In this document: positions 39,641-49,704 of the stretch, in pieces
Layout of the letters: every line of letters begins with the position of its first letter
How positions within the stretch are numbered: position 1 is the stretch's first letter
NCBI GenBank assembly: GCA_965218775.1
Contig: CBDCLS010000004.1
Span: 1,146,152 to 1,210,151, forward strand
Length of the DNA: 64,000 bases
Direction of reading: 5' to 3'
DNA from: Acidobacteriota bacterium
GTDB taxonomy: Bacteria > Acidobacteriota > UBA6911 > RPQK01 > JAJDTT01
The notes under the pieces: model-generated
The model's database searches: none
What the model was told of the DNA's origin: nothing
What the model saw: the letters and a program-made list of their open reading frames with translations, nothing else
Made by a program: the position numbers and the translations under genes

Positions 39641-39878
39641 CCCTTGCCCTCGCCCTTTCCCTCAAACTTGCCTGTGCCTGTGCCTTCCCCTTTCCCTCAC
39701 TCTTCCTTTGGTCTATTACGAAGGCTCTCGGTTGCGGAAAACACGCGATGAGGATTGTTCCTGTACAGAGGGAAAAGAGTAAGGGGAAAGGCAAAGGCAC
39801 AGGCAAGTTTGAAGGCGAGGGCAAGGGCAAAGGCAAGTGGGACGCTAAACACGTCCGCACGGGCAGGGGCAAGGGGTT
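39641..39878. repeat. long imperfect hairpin of GGCAAR/GGCACA hexamers
   Basis: 39641-39708 is the imperfect reverse complement of 39771-39828. Confidence 0.75.
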
Positions 39879-39950
39879 TAGGAGGTACGCTGGGATTGAC
39901 CGGAATGGCGGCGTTGACTCCACCCCTGCTTCGGTGTTAAGTCTCAGACC

Positions 39951-40388
39951 ATGTCGGAGGCGCGGGGTGGCGAGTGGGTTCAAAGAGACTTCCGGGTCCG
40001 CTATGCCGAAACGGACCAAATGGGTATCGCTTACCATTCCAACTATCTGATCTGGTTTGAGGTAGCAAGGGTAGAGTTCTTCCGGCGATTTGGCTTTACC
40101 TACAATCGATTGGAAAAGGAGACGGGCACATTCCTTCCGGTGGTGGAGGTTCATTGCAGGTACCTCTTACCTTTGCGCTACGATGAGGAGTTCACGGTCA
40201 AGACCCGTCTGGAAGAATTCGGCAGAAGGCTGCTCGGATTCGCCTACGAGCTGGTCGATAAGGATGGGGAGAGCGTCTATGCTCGGGCCCACACAAAACA
40301 CATAGCAACAGACAAGAGCGGCAGGCCCAAGACTCTCCCCAAGGAGTTCCTCGACTTTCTTCGTCAAGAGGATCCCAGCCCGGTGTAG
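39951..40388 (+). CDS. acyl-CoA thioesterase (YbgC/4HBT family)
   Basis: VRYAETDQMGIAYHSNYLIWFEVAR. Confidence 0.93.
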   Translation: MSEARGGEWVQRDFRVRYAETDQMGIAYHSNYLIWFEVARVEFFRRFGFTYNRLEKETGTFLPVVEVHCRYLLPLRYDEEFTVKTRLEEFGRRLLGFAYELVDKDGESVYARAHTKHIATDKSGRPKTLPKEFLDFLRQEDPSPV

Positions 40389-40465
40389 TTCAGAGAGTCC
40401 GCCCCTGGGAAATCGGTCTGGATCCCATGCCGTCCGCCGAGCTCAGGTTGAAAGGAGATCGATCC

Positions 40466-40886
40466 ATGGCGCATCTGGAAAAGACCCCAATAGACCCCGA
40501 ACAACTCCAGTCTCCAGGAGGTGAGTACTCTTCCGGAGTCAAGGTAAGGGCTGGCTCGCTACTCTTCGTGGCGGGGCAGACCGCCATGAATTCGGAAGGG
40601 GTCCTGGTCGGTGAAGGCGACGCGGCAGCTCAAACACGCCAGGCTTTCGCGAATATCGGTCACGTCCTCGAGAGTGTTGGAGCGTCCTTCAGCAACGTCG
40701 TCGAGTTCACGACCTACCTGGTTGGGATCGAGTCGGTCCAGCCCTTTCTAGAAACCCGGACGGAGTTGTTTCGCGAACTCTATCCTGAGGCTGACTATCC
40801 AACGAATACGCTGTTGAACATCCATTCCCTGGCAGGTAGCAAGGCGCTAGCTAGTCGAGATCAAGGCCGTTGCGGCACTGCCGTAG
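40466..40886 (+). pseudogene. RidA-family protein frameshifted by CTAG duplication (40847-40854)
   Basis: LFVAGQ, QTRQAFANI; removing 4 nt restores ALVEIKAVAALP*. Confidence 0.8.
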
Positions 40887-40957
40887 GCAAATCCCAAACG
40901 CGCGTATTTGTTTAGGAATTGGTGCCTTGGGACGTGGGACCTTCGGGATTCCGCACC

Positions 40958-43465
40958 TCAGTGCGGAATCCCGTGCTGGTGGAGTCGGTGGTGGATCGCC
41001 TTCTGCGCTTCCAGGAAGGGTCGTTCCAGGTATTCAGAATGGTTTTCCTCGCCGTGGTGGTGAGTGGCGGTTCCTGGCTCGTGCAGAGGCGCCGTTTCCC
41101 GGATGTAGGTCAGGCAGCCATCCACCAGGGTGAGCATGTACTGCAGGGTTTCCCGATCGAACATGGACCACTCGCCCCCACAAGCGACGTAGATGGGTGA
41201 GGTGTGGGCGAAGATGCCTCGCTGCCACTCGTCATGGTGGGGTAGGATTCCGTAACCGGGTCCACCGCTGCGGGCAGCCAGCCAGGTGTTGCCTTCCACG
41301 CGAACCTTCTCGGTGAGGGCCAGGCGCCGAGTTCCTTCAGCCGCTTCCGTCTGGGCCACGACCCGACCTTCCTGGACGATCTGTAGAGTGTGGATTGGCA
41401 GCACGCTTTCGGCCCATGCCTGGACCTCAACCGTACCCGGACCGGACAGGTTCATTGTGTCTCCAATCTCCTGCCCTTCCACGGTGAAATGGATGATGGG
41501 GCCTCCACTCAGGAAGGTTCTTCCTCGGGCAACATTGGCGCACCAGGTCTCGTAGTCGAAGGCCTCTTCGCCTGGGATGTTGACGTAGGTACGATACATG
41601 CCCACGGGCACGTCGCTGCTCATCTTGTCGGTACCCCCCACCAGAGGCAGCCGATAGCCCGCGTTCAGATACCGATAGTATTCAGCATGGTTCAGAGGGG
41701 TCTGGCGAAGCATCTCCACTCCGTCGGCCCTTCCGGTGGCGATGAGCGCAGCAGGCTCACCGTTGGGGTGGGGATGGTGAGGGATGATGACCCTTCCCCC
41801 CTGCCGATGACACTGGTCGGCCCAGTCGCTCATGGTGACTTCCAGGGTGCCTCCCAGCTCGGCTTCGCCGGGACCGTCCGAGCACCAGGGCATGATGGGC
41901 TCCTTCAGTCCCCAAAGGATCAGGTGCCCCAGGAAGTGCTACCGGTTCTCCTGCGAAACGTAGACGATGTTGTTCTCTATCTGGGAGATGCTGGGACCCC
42001 CCGTGAACTCCTCCTTGTTGGTGAAGAGGCTTCCCCACTGGGATTGGAGCAGATTGACCACATTCAGATCCTCTCCCTGGGACTCGGTGTGGCTGCCCTG
42101 GGCCGAGAGGAAATGGACGTGGGAGTCGCCCGAAAACCAGCGCCTTTCGTTCATGTGAATCCAGCGCTTGAGTCGCAGTGTCAGCTCCCGCTGCCCCGGC
42201 TCGATCTGTACTCGTTGGCGCAGCGGTTCGTACTCAAAGCCCCGCGCCACATCCACCAGGACATCTCCGCGAGGAAGCCACCCCTGGCAGGTTCCGTCGA
42301 TGTAGGCATAGTTCACCTGTCCCAGGCGAACGTCGCCTCCGACGTCGATGTGCCAGCTGTCCATCCCCGAATTGACCTGGCTGTGATGTCCGTGGGGCTG
42401 GTAGGGAATCCCTTCGGGGGAGCGGAAGTGGACGCGGCAGGGAATCGGCTTTCCGGTGTCCTCATCCAACACCTTGACGTGCACCCAGTTGCGGCCCCGA
42501 TCCAGGAGCTCCACCTTCATGCGTGGTGTTTCGGCGCTCCCCTGGTGCTGGACCTCACCCCATTTGACCTTACCAACCTCCTCGGAGCCCTGCGTGACCG
42601 TCACCGTGGCAGAGTCCGCGGCGGCGATCTCGACATAGGAGGGACTGGACCCGGTGCTCTTCTCCTGCCCCCAGCCCTTGTAGGGGTCCTCGAGAAACTG
42701 TTCACCGCTTTCCACAGGGAGGGGGTGTGGATACGTTGCCACTCCGCGGTCCACGCTGACGTCAAGATCGAATCGATCGGACTGCTCCCCAGGATCCTTG
42801 AGCAGAATCTGCGCCTCTCTCTTCCCCTGGCGGGGGAACGGAGGCTCGTTCAGATGTCCCAGGGTAACCGCCCCCAGCAGAATTTCCGGCCCTTTGGAGA
42901 CAAGCTCTAGCGATGCGATCTCCCGATCCGGGTGAGGGTTCTCCCAGGCCCAGAGGTAGTAGGCCAGGGGGGTAGCCTGAACCGACTCCATCTGGCGCCG
43001 TCCCGCCATTCCCCAGGGCCCTTCGTGGCGATCCATGAGGCTATCCTTCTGATCGGGTAGTGCTCTATAAGGGACACCGAGCGCCAGCCGCATTATGTGG
43101 TCCGTCGGCACAGCCGAGATCTCGAAGCGCTCCCGCAGAGGAACCCGAACTTCCTCACCTTCTGAGTAGTAAAATACATACTCAGCCACAACGCGGCCCA
43201 GTCCCTTGCCCTCCATCAGATCCGACTGCATCAAGCGATGGGCAAAGACCACATAAAGCGCCGGTTTTCCCACCGGGACTGACACCCCGTGCCCCTCCCG
43301 CAGCAGCAAGAAGCATTTGGAGGTAGCCGTGGGATCCCGTCCACCGATGAGAAAAGGAAGCCCGTGGAACTCCTGGGGTCCCACTGGAGTGTCCGCATCA
43401 TCTCCAAGGGCTTCCAGCCCCGAATTACACCACGATGAAAGATCCAGCGGTTCGTAATCGGTCAT
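40958..43465 (-). pseudogene. CehA/McbA-family (PHP-like) metallohydrolase with in-frame TAG at 41939-41941
   Basis: GDSHVH, QENR*HFLGH, GGTDKM, AHTSPIYV; both halves in the same frame. Confidence 0.8.
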
Positions 43466-43542
43466 GTTTCTCTCCTCCTCTTGGCGCCAGACTAGCACAG
43501 AAAGGAGCTCTGGGCTCCTGAGCTGAAACTTCATTTCCGGAC

Positions 43543-43619
43543 GCGGCTTTGGCCTCCAGGCCGAAGTCCTCTTCTTTCGAGCCTTTGGCTCGGGACGGCG
43601 GCCTGGAGCCCACCGCTAC
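43543..43619. repeat. GTAG REPIN
   Basis: Inverted REP pair around a GAGCCTTTGGCTC hairpin. Confidence 0.85.
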
Positions 43620-43717
43620 GGCGGACCCAAAGTCGAAACAGTGCGACGACTGGGTGAACTACCCATACTATGAAGCCTAGTCCGACAGTGCCGCCAACGA
43701 CTTGACTCGTTAGCAGG

Positions 43718-43942
43718 ATGCTGCCGGACCAACTGAAAGGACGGGCCCGTCAATTGGCGCGGGAAAGAGGAATCTCACTGGGCCAGTTGATTCACGAGTC
43801 CCTCGAAGCGGCACTTAAGGACGACGGCATGTCCAGTTCTAGAAGGGACCCGCTTTTCAGTGATACCGGTGTCTATCGAGGTGAGGCACCGAGTGACCTC
43901 TCACTCCGCCATGACGAGTATCTGTACGGTGCCGGTGAGTGA
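43718..43942 (+). CDS. CopG/RHH-like antitoxin (VapB-type; start uncertain)
   Basis: LPDQLKGRARQLARERGISLGQLI...DLSLRHDEYLYG. Confidence 0.75.
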   Translation: MLPDQLKGRARQLARERGISLGQLIHESLEAALKDDGMSSSRRDPLFSDTGVYRGEAPSDLSLRHDEYLYGAGE

Positions 43943-44019
43943 CCTTTATCGACACCGGAGCGTTCCTGGCACGGTACCTACAAAGGGATCAATTCCACGA
44001 TCGCCGCTGGTTTTTTTAG
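43939..44019 (+). pseudogene. truncated PIN/VapC toxin N-terminus
   Basis: Manual translation MTFIDTGAFLARYLQRDQFH, GTGA overlap with the antitoxin, stop after 26 codons. Confidence 0.75.
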
Positions 44020-44429
44020 TCCGTGGCGGCTTCCAGCCGACGAACTATCTCGCCGAACTGCCCGATCGGCTCTAGCCGGTCGAGGGCCTCGACGACACGA
44101 TCCAGATCCAGGCTGACGTACTCATGAATCACAATGTCGCGAAACCCGGGCAGGCGCACCAGTTCTTCAACCAAGGTAGGAGGAAAGGAAGGATCCTGGG
44201 TGAGGCCTCGGATGGCTCCAGCGTAATCCTCGAAAGGTAGCCCCCGCCGCGCACAGAGCTCGCCCGAGATGTCGATGACGAGCTGACAGACACTCAACAG
44301 GGAGAACAGGACGTCATTGTGGAGAGATAGATCTCTGGCCAGCGACGCGCCGGTGACCCGCGGCCTGAGTTCTTGTAGATGATCTAAGTGGCGCCGCAGC
44401 TGAGCAAGTCTTTCGACCAGGTGCGTCAC
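44016..44429 (-). CDS. HEPN (DUF86/HepT-like) toxin
   Basis: GFRDIVIHEY = RX4HXY. Confidence 0.9.
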   Translation of the reverse strand: MTHLVERLAQLRRHLDHLQELRPRVTGASLARDLSLHNDVLFSLLSVCQLVIDISGELCARRGLPFEDYAGAIRGLTQDPSFPPTLVEELVRLPGFRDIVIHEYVSLDLDRVVEALDRLEPIGQFGEIVRRLEAATD

Positions 44430-44848
44430 CGTGCTAGTGCCTCAAGTTTCAGTTTCCTCATCCTCTGAAGGAAAGGCTGGAGGTCGGCGGCCTTGAGCTG
44501 GACGTCGCGCACAAAGGCCAGGTCGTACTCGGGACTTGCACAGAAGATTTGGATGCCCTTACAAACGATCTTTCTGCCAAGCAGGGGCGGGATGTCGTTG
44601 AGAATCAAGAGATCGATTCGATTCTCACCCAGGAGGCTAGACAGCTCGCTTCCCAGTCTGACCCGGACCTCGAAGCGCTCTCGGGTTGTTGGCATTCGGT
44701 TGGCATCGAGTACGACTCCGAGGTCTACGTCGCTTTGGTTGTGGGTCCTTTCCTCGGCATGGCTGCCGAACAGGTAAACGGATACTACCTCAGGGTGAGA
44801 TCCCCGTGTGAAAAACCGCTTCAGTGCCGACCGGGCTTGCTCCCGCAC
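44426..44848 (-). CDS. minimal nucleotidyltransferase (MntA-like antitoxin)
   Basis: LFGS-X10-DVD, IDLLILN; overlaps the HEPN start. Confidence 0.9.
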   Translation of the reverse strand: MREQARSALKRFFTRGSHPEVVSVYLFGSHAEERTHNQSDVDLGVVLDANRMPTTRERFEVRVRLGSELSSLLGENRIDLLILNDIPPLLGRKIVCKGIQIFCASPEYDLAFVRDVQLKAADLQPFLQRMRKLKLEALAR

Positions 44849-44925
44849 CTTCTTGTCCTCGGAGGTTTTAGCTACTCGGATGACTGGTCATCGAGCCAAG
44901 GATCAGATTATATCTCAACAGAGGA

Positions 44926-45381
44926 TCAACTGAGGGTCGTGGTAGTGCCGTCCTGAGCGGAAGCGTAGAGACCGGAGATCAACTTCAGGACGCGCAGGCA
45001 TTCCGCTCCCGTCATCGGGGGGTCTCGCAGCCCCAAAACCGTGTCCACTACGGCCTGTATCAAGGTTTCAACCCCTGCTGTGGACCTGGACTCGGGAGTG
45101 TAGGGAAAAGTCTGGACACCCTCAGGTGCTTCCTCATGACTCGAAAACCACTCGAGATCGCTCTCGAAGGTGCCTCCACCGGATAATCTCAACCACCCCA
45201 GATCCTCATCTGGGGCTCGCTGATGATCAGCTCCTTGCCCAAGAGTGTTTCCAGGAAGGCAATGGCGGGAGGATGTGCGTTGTCCGCTCTCTCCTCGGAA
45301 CTTGGCCTCATCTTGCTGACGGGTCAGGTCGTTCGCGGCTCTTGGTTGTAGCTGCTTCCGGTCAGTTTCCCCAGCGGCCAA
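44926..45381 (-). pseudogene. Gfo/Idh/MocA oxidoreductase C-terminal remnant
   Basis: DPPMTGAECLRVLKLISGLYASAQDGTTTTL; upstream part degraded. Confidence 0.55.
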
Positions 45382-45476
45382 CTGGATGTTTCAAGGCTGA
45401 CATATTGGCAGGCGACCGTCTACACTCTTGGTGATACAATTGCTCAGTTACATCCAACCAAATCTGGGGTGTTTTC

Positions 45477-48029
45477 ATGGGTGGGTCCGCTTGGCGACTT
45501 TGCATTTCTGTTATGCTCCTGACAGGGTTACCTGTTTTTCCCCTGGAGGCCCAGACCCCATCTCAGGATTTTGGTCCGGAAGCAATTCGCTTCTTCCAAG
45601 ACAATATTCAACCTCAACTCGAGAACAACTGCAAAGCCTGCCATAACGATCAGACCGCGAGCAGTGGTCTGTCGGTGGAGAGCCGAGCTGCCCTGCTGGC
45701 GGGCGGCAACCGCGGTCCCGCCATACATCCAGGCCGTCCCCAGGAAAGCCTTCTGCTGCAGGCGCTGCGCCATCAGGGTTCGCTCAAGATGCCGCCAGCT
45801 GGCAAGCTCCACGATGAGGCCATCGCCGCTTTCGCTCATTGGGTCGATCTGGGTGCGCCCTGGGGCGAAAGCCGACCGCCTGACGTCCCTCGAACGGTCT
45901 CAGAGCACTGGGCGTTCCAGCCGATCCGGCGGAGTCCTGAGCCCGAGGTCCGCAATACGGCGCTTGTCCGCAATGGAATCGACCGCTTTATTCTGGCGCG
46001 GCTGGAGAAGGAAGGACTCCAGCCCTCTTCCGAGGCCGACGGAACAACCTTGATTCGTCGGCTCAGTCTCGATCTGTTGGGCCTGCCGCCCAGCCCGGCC
46101 GAGGTCGCAGAGTTTCTCGGTGATACCCGACCGGACGCCTACGAAAGGGTGGTCGACAGGCTGTTGGAGTCTCCCCACTACGGAGAGCGTTGGGCCCGGC
46201 ATTGGTTGGACCTGGCCCGCTACGCCGACTCCAACGGCTACAACATCGATGGACCCCGCGACATCTGGCTCTACCGCGATTGGGTGATCAACGCTCTCAA
46301 TCAGGACCTTCCCTTCGACCAGTTCGTCATCGAACAGATTGCTGGAGACTTGTTGCCCGATGCCAACGAACAGCAGATCATCGCCACCGGCTTTCACCGA
46401 AATACGCTGCTGAACCTGGAAGGCGGAGTGGACTTCGAGCAATATCGCGTCGAAGCCGTAGTCGATCGTGTCAGCACCACTGGCTCTGCACTATTGGGAC
46501 TGACCTTGGGCTGTGCCCGATGCCACGACCACAAATACGACCCCATTTCTCAGCGCGAGTTCTATCAGTTGTATGCCTTTTTCAACAACATCGACGAGCT
46601 CAGCGGAGAGCATGGCGAGGAAAAGAGAAAGACCGCCCACGAGCCACTTTTGGAGTTGGGAACCCCGGAGCAACTAGCCCGCAGGGAGGCGTTTCGCTCT
46701 CAATACACACTCCTCGAGAAGGAACTCCAGAAGTACGAGAAGACGCTTCTCCCGGGTCTAGCCGAGTGGGAAAGGACCCTTACTGAGAAAGAGCGCGAGC
46801 AACTCGAGCCCGAGATTGAAGAGATTCTCGCCATCTCCCGGCAGGAGCGGAACGACTTCCAGAAAAAAGCGATCGAGAAGGCCTTCAAGGCGACGGACCT
46901 GGGCTACACGACCCGGGAGGCCGGCTTGGAGGCTCTGGAGAAGGTCGAACCCAGAATTCCGCGCTCGATGGTCATGCGGGAACTATCTGCGCCGCGCGAG
47001 GCCTATATTCACCTGGGCGGTGATTTTCTGCGGAGGGGCGTCCGGGTGTATCCCGTGGTGCCTTCAGTATTGCCGCCACTGCCGCCGAAGCGGAATCCGA
47101 ACCGTCTAGACCTAGCGCGCTGGCTGGTTGACCCCCAGAATCCGCTGACCCCCCGAGTCATTGTGAACAGAATCTGGCAGCGCTACTTCGGCAAGGGTCT
47201 GGTCGAGACGGAAAACGATTTCGGCACTCAGGGCTCACCGCCCACTCATCCTGAACTACTGGACTGGTTGGCTTCGGAGTTGGTGGCGCAGGGCTGGAGC
47301 CTGAAGGCCATGCATCGGTTGATTGTCACTTCGGCAGCCTACCGCCAGTCCTCGCAAGGCCGCAGGGAGCTGGCTGCCGTCGATCCTCGGAACCGCCTTC
47401 TGGGTCGCCAGAACAGGCTGCGCCTGGAAGCGGAGACGGTCCGCGACGCCGGGCTTTCGGTATCGGGGTTGCTCACTCCAACGGTGGGCGGTCCCAGCGT
47501 TTTTCCCCCGCAGCCCAAAGGAGCCGGAAGGGTCACGCAAGTGGATCGAAAATGGACTGCTGCTACCGGTCCCGAACGCTATCGGCGCGGTATGTACACT
47601 CACTTCTGGCGGTCGAGCCCCCATCCGGGACTGATGGTCTTTGACGCCCCCGATTCGACCACCAGTTGCAGTAGGCGTAACCGTTCTAACACGCCCCTGC
47701 AAGCCTTGACACTACTCAATGATGAGGCGTTCTACGAGTTCGCCCAGGGCTTGGCAGCTCGAGTTCTCAGAGAAGGTCCCTCCGACCGATCGGAGCGCAT
47801 CGCTTACGCCTTCCGGATCGGGCTGGGCCGTCCGCCCAAGCCGAAAGAGCAGAAGCGTCTGGAAAACTTCCTACTAGGTCAGCGGGAGGGTTTCAGGAAG
47901 GATCCCAGGGGGGCGCAGGCGGCCCTGTCGCTGGAACTGCCTCCGGAAGCGGACCTGGTTGAGATGGCGGCCTGGACGGCGGTCTCGAGGGTGCTTCTGA
48001 ACCTCGACGAGTTCATTACTAGAGAATAA
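45477..48029 (+). CDS. planctomycete-type cytochrome c / DUF1549 / DUF1553 protein
   Basis: CKACH, WLDLARYADSNG, CARCHDHKYDP, SNTPLQAL, NLDEFITRE. Confidence 0.93.
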   Translation: MGGSAWRLCISVMLLTGLPVFPLEAQTPSQDFGPEAIRFFQDNIQPQLENNCKACHNDQTASSGLSVESRAALLAGGNRGPAIHPGRPQESLLLQALRHQGSLKMPPAGKLHDEAIAAFAHWVDLGAPWGESRPPDVPRTVSEHWAFQPIRRSPEPEVRNTALVRNGIDRFILARLEKEGLQPSSEADGTTLIRRLSLDLLGLPPSPAEVAEFLGDTRPDAYERVVDRLLESPHYGERWARHWLDLARYADSNGYNIDGPRDIWLYRDWVINALNQDLPFDQFVIEQIAGDLLPDANEQQIIATGFHRNTLLNLEGGVDFEQYRVEAVVDRVSTTGSALLGLTLGCARCHDHKYDPISQREFYQLYAFFNNIDELSGEHGEEKRKTAHEPLLELGTPEQLARREAFRSQYTLLEKELQKYEKTLLPGLAEWERTLTEKEREQLEPEIEEILAISRQERNDFQKKAIEKAFKATDLGYTTREAGLEALEKVEPRIPRSMVMRELSAPREAYIHLGGDFLRRGVRVYPVVPSVLPPLPPKRNPNRLDLARWLVDPQNPLTPRVIVNRIWQRYFGKGLVETENDFGTQGSPPTHPELLDWLASELVAQGWSLKAMHRLIVTSAAYRQSSQGRRELAAVDPRNRLLGRQNRLRLEAETVRDAGLSVSGLLTPTVGGPSVFPPQPKGAGRVTQVDRKWTAATGPERYRRGMYTHFWRSSPHPGLMVFDAPDSTTSCSRRNRSNTPLQALTLLNDEAFYEFAQGLAARVLREGPSDRSERIAYAFRIGLGRPPKPKEQKRLENFLLGQREGFRKDPRGAQAALSLELPPEADLVEMAAWTAVSRVLLNLDEFITRE

Positions 48030-48035
48030 TCCAAC

Positions 48036-49487
48036 ATGAGCCTTTATCAACAAATCCTGCGAGCCCACACTCGACGACATTTCTTCCGCCAATGCGGGGT
48101 CGGATTGGGAAAGGTTGCATTGGCATCGCTGCTGGCTGATGGCCGGTCGTTCGCCGGCCACAGCGCTCAGGTGCCCAATCCCCTGGCACCCAGAAAGCCT
48201 CATTTTCCCGCCCAGGTGAAGAGCGTCATCTTCTTGTTCATGGCCGGAGGGCCCAGCCAATTGGAGCTCTTCGACTACAAGCCGAAGCTAGTTGAGCTGA
48301 ACGGGGAACCCATCCCTCCCTCGTTCATGGAAGGCAAGCGGTTTGCCTTCATGAGCAGCTTCACCAAGGAAGTGCCTAAGCTGTTGGGCTCGAGGCGGAG
48401 GTTCAGTCGCCACGGGCAGAGCGGACGCTATGTCTCCGAGCTCCTGCCCCACACCGCCACCGTGGTCGACGACCTTGCCTTCCTATCCTCGGTGTCCACC
48501 CAGAACTTCAACCACGCTCCTGCCAAGATCTTCCTGAATACCGGGTCTACCCGCTTCGGCCATCCCTCGATGGGATCCTGGGTCACCTATGGTTTGGGGA
48601 GCGAGTGCCAGGACCTGCCGGGTTTTGTGGTGCTGCAATCGGGTCCCAGAGGACCCCGAGGAGGAGCGCTGAACTGGGGAAGCGGCTTCATTCCCACCAC
48701 CAACCAGGGCGTGCCTTTTCAGGGCGGAGGGGATCCGATCCTGAATCTCTCGAGCCCGGATGGAATCAGCCCCAGACGACAGGCGGAGACGATTCAAGCC
48801 ATCCGAGACCTCAACCTGGCACGGCTCGATGAGATGGACGATCCCGAAATCGCAACCCGAATCTCGTCCTACGAAATGGCCTATCGCATGCAGACCAGCG
48901 GTCCGGAGCTGATCGACTTTTCATCAGAGACCAAGGAGACTCTGGAGCTCTATGGCGCCGAACCGGGTGCGGAGTCCTTCGCCAACAATTGCCTACTCGC
49001 ACGCCGCCTGGTTCAGCGCGGTGTGCGTTTCGTTCAGCTCTACCATACCGATTGGGACCATCACGGCGGCAGCGAGAACCTCGAAGGGGCCCTCGAGAAG
49101 ATCTGCCATCAGGTCGATCAACCCTGCGCTGCCCTGATCAAAGACCTCAAGAGAACCGGTCTCCTGGATGAGACTCTTGTGGTCTGGGGGGGAGAGTTCG
49201 GCCGCACCCCGATGGGCGAAGAGCGTGTAACGGTCGGCCGCAACCACCATATTGATGCCTACACCATGTGGTTTGCAGGCGGCGGCATCCAGCCCGGCCA
49301 GAGCATTGGCACCACCGATGAACTGGGTTTCTTTTCGACCGTCGACAAGGTCGACGTCCACGACGTCCAGGCCACCATCCTGCACCTGCTTGGACTCGAC
49401 CACGAAAGACTCACCTACCGCTTCCAGGGTCGCGACTTTCGTTTAACCGACGTTGGGGGAAAGCTGATTCGGAAGCTGCTGGCGTAG
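48036..49487 (+). CDS. DUF1501 protein
   Basis: [33 protein letters not shown]. Confidence 0.93.
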   Translation: MSLYQQILRAHTRRHFFRQCGVGLGKVALASLLADGRSFAGHSAQVPNPLAPRKPHFPAQVKSVIFLFMAGGPSQLELFDYKPKLVELNGEPIPPSFMEGKRFAFMSSFTKEVPKLLGSRRRFSRHGQSGRYVSELLPHTATVVDDLAFLSSVSTQNFNHAPAKIFLNTGSTRFGHPSMGSWVTYGLGSECQDLPGFVVLQSGPRGPRGGALNWGSGFIPTTNQGVPFQGGGDPILNLSSPDGISPRRQAETIQAIRDLNLARLDEMDDPEIATRISSYEMAYRMQTSGPELIDFSSETKETLELYGAEPGAESFANNCLLARRLVQRGVRFVQLYHTDWDHHGGSENLEGALEKICHQVDQPCAALIKDLKRTGLLDETLVVWGGEFGRTPMGEERVTVGRNHHIDAYTMWFAGGGIQPGQSIGTTDELGFFSTVDKVDVHDVQATILHLLGLDHERLTYRFQGRDFRLTDVGGKLIRKLLA

Positions 49488-49510
49488 AAAAATTCGTCGG
49501 AACGTCGAAC

Positions 49511-49586
49511 GTAGCTTTGGCCTCCAGGCCGAAGTCTTATTTTTCCGAGCCTTTGGCTCGGACGGCGGCCTAGAGACCACCGCTAC
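49511..49586. repeat. GTAG REPIN
   Basis: GTAGCTTTGGCCTCCAGGCCGAAGT...CCACCGCTAC. Confidence 0.85.
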
Positions 49587-49704
49587 GCGGGACCCGAAGT
49601 TCCCAACCCACAGCGTCTAGTCGATGAGTAGCCCGACCTCAAGCCTTTGGATATACTTTGCACCGCATCCATGAGAACTCGGCCGGAACCCCCATATCAC
49701 CCGA

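Noticed and set aside
39630-40154. Low-complexity ORFs (PLPLP / KGKGKG)
   Set aside because: Translations of the hexamer repeat; overlap the thioesterase.
41939-41941. Pyrrolysine recoding
   Set aside because: No pyl genes in the window; a CAG>TAG change is more parsimonious.
41390-42910. 506-aa ORF on the + strand
   Set aside because: Antisense shadow of the CehA/McbA gene; no motifs.
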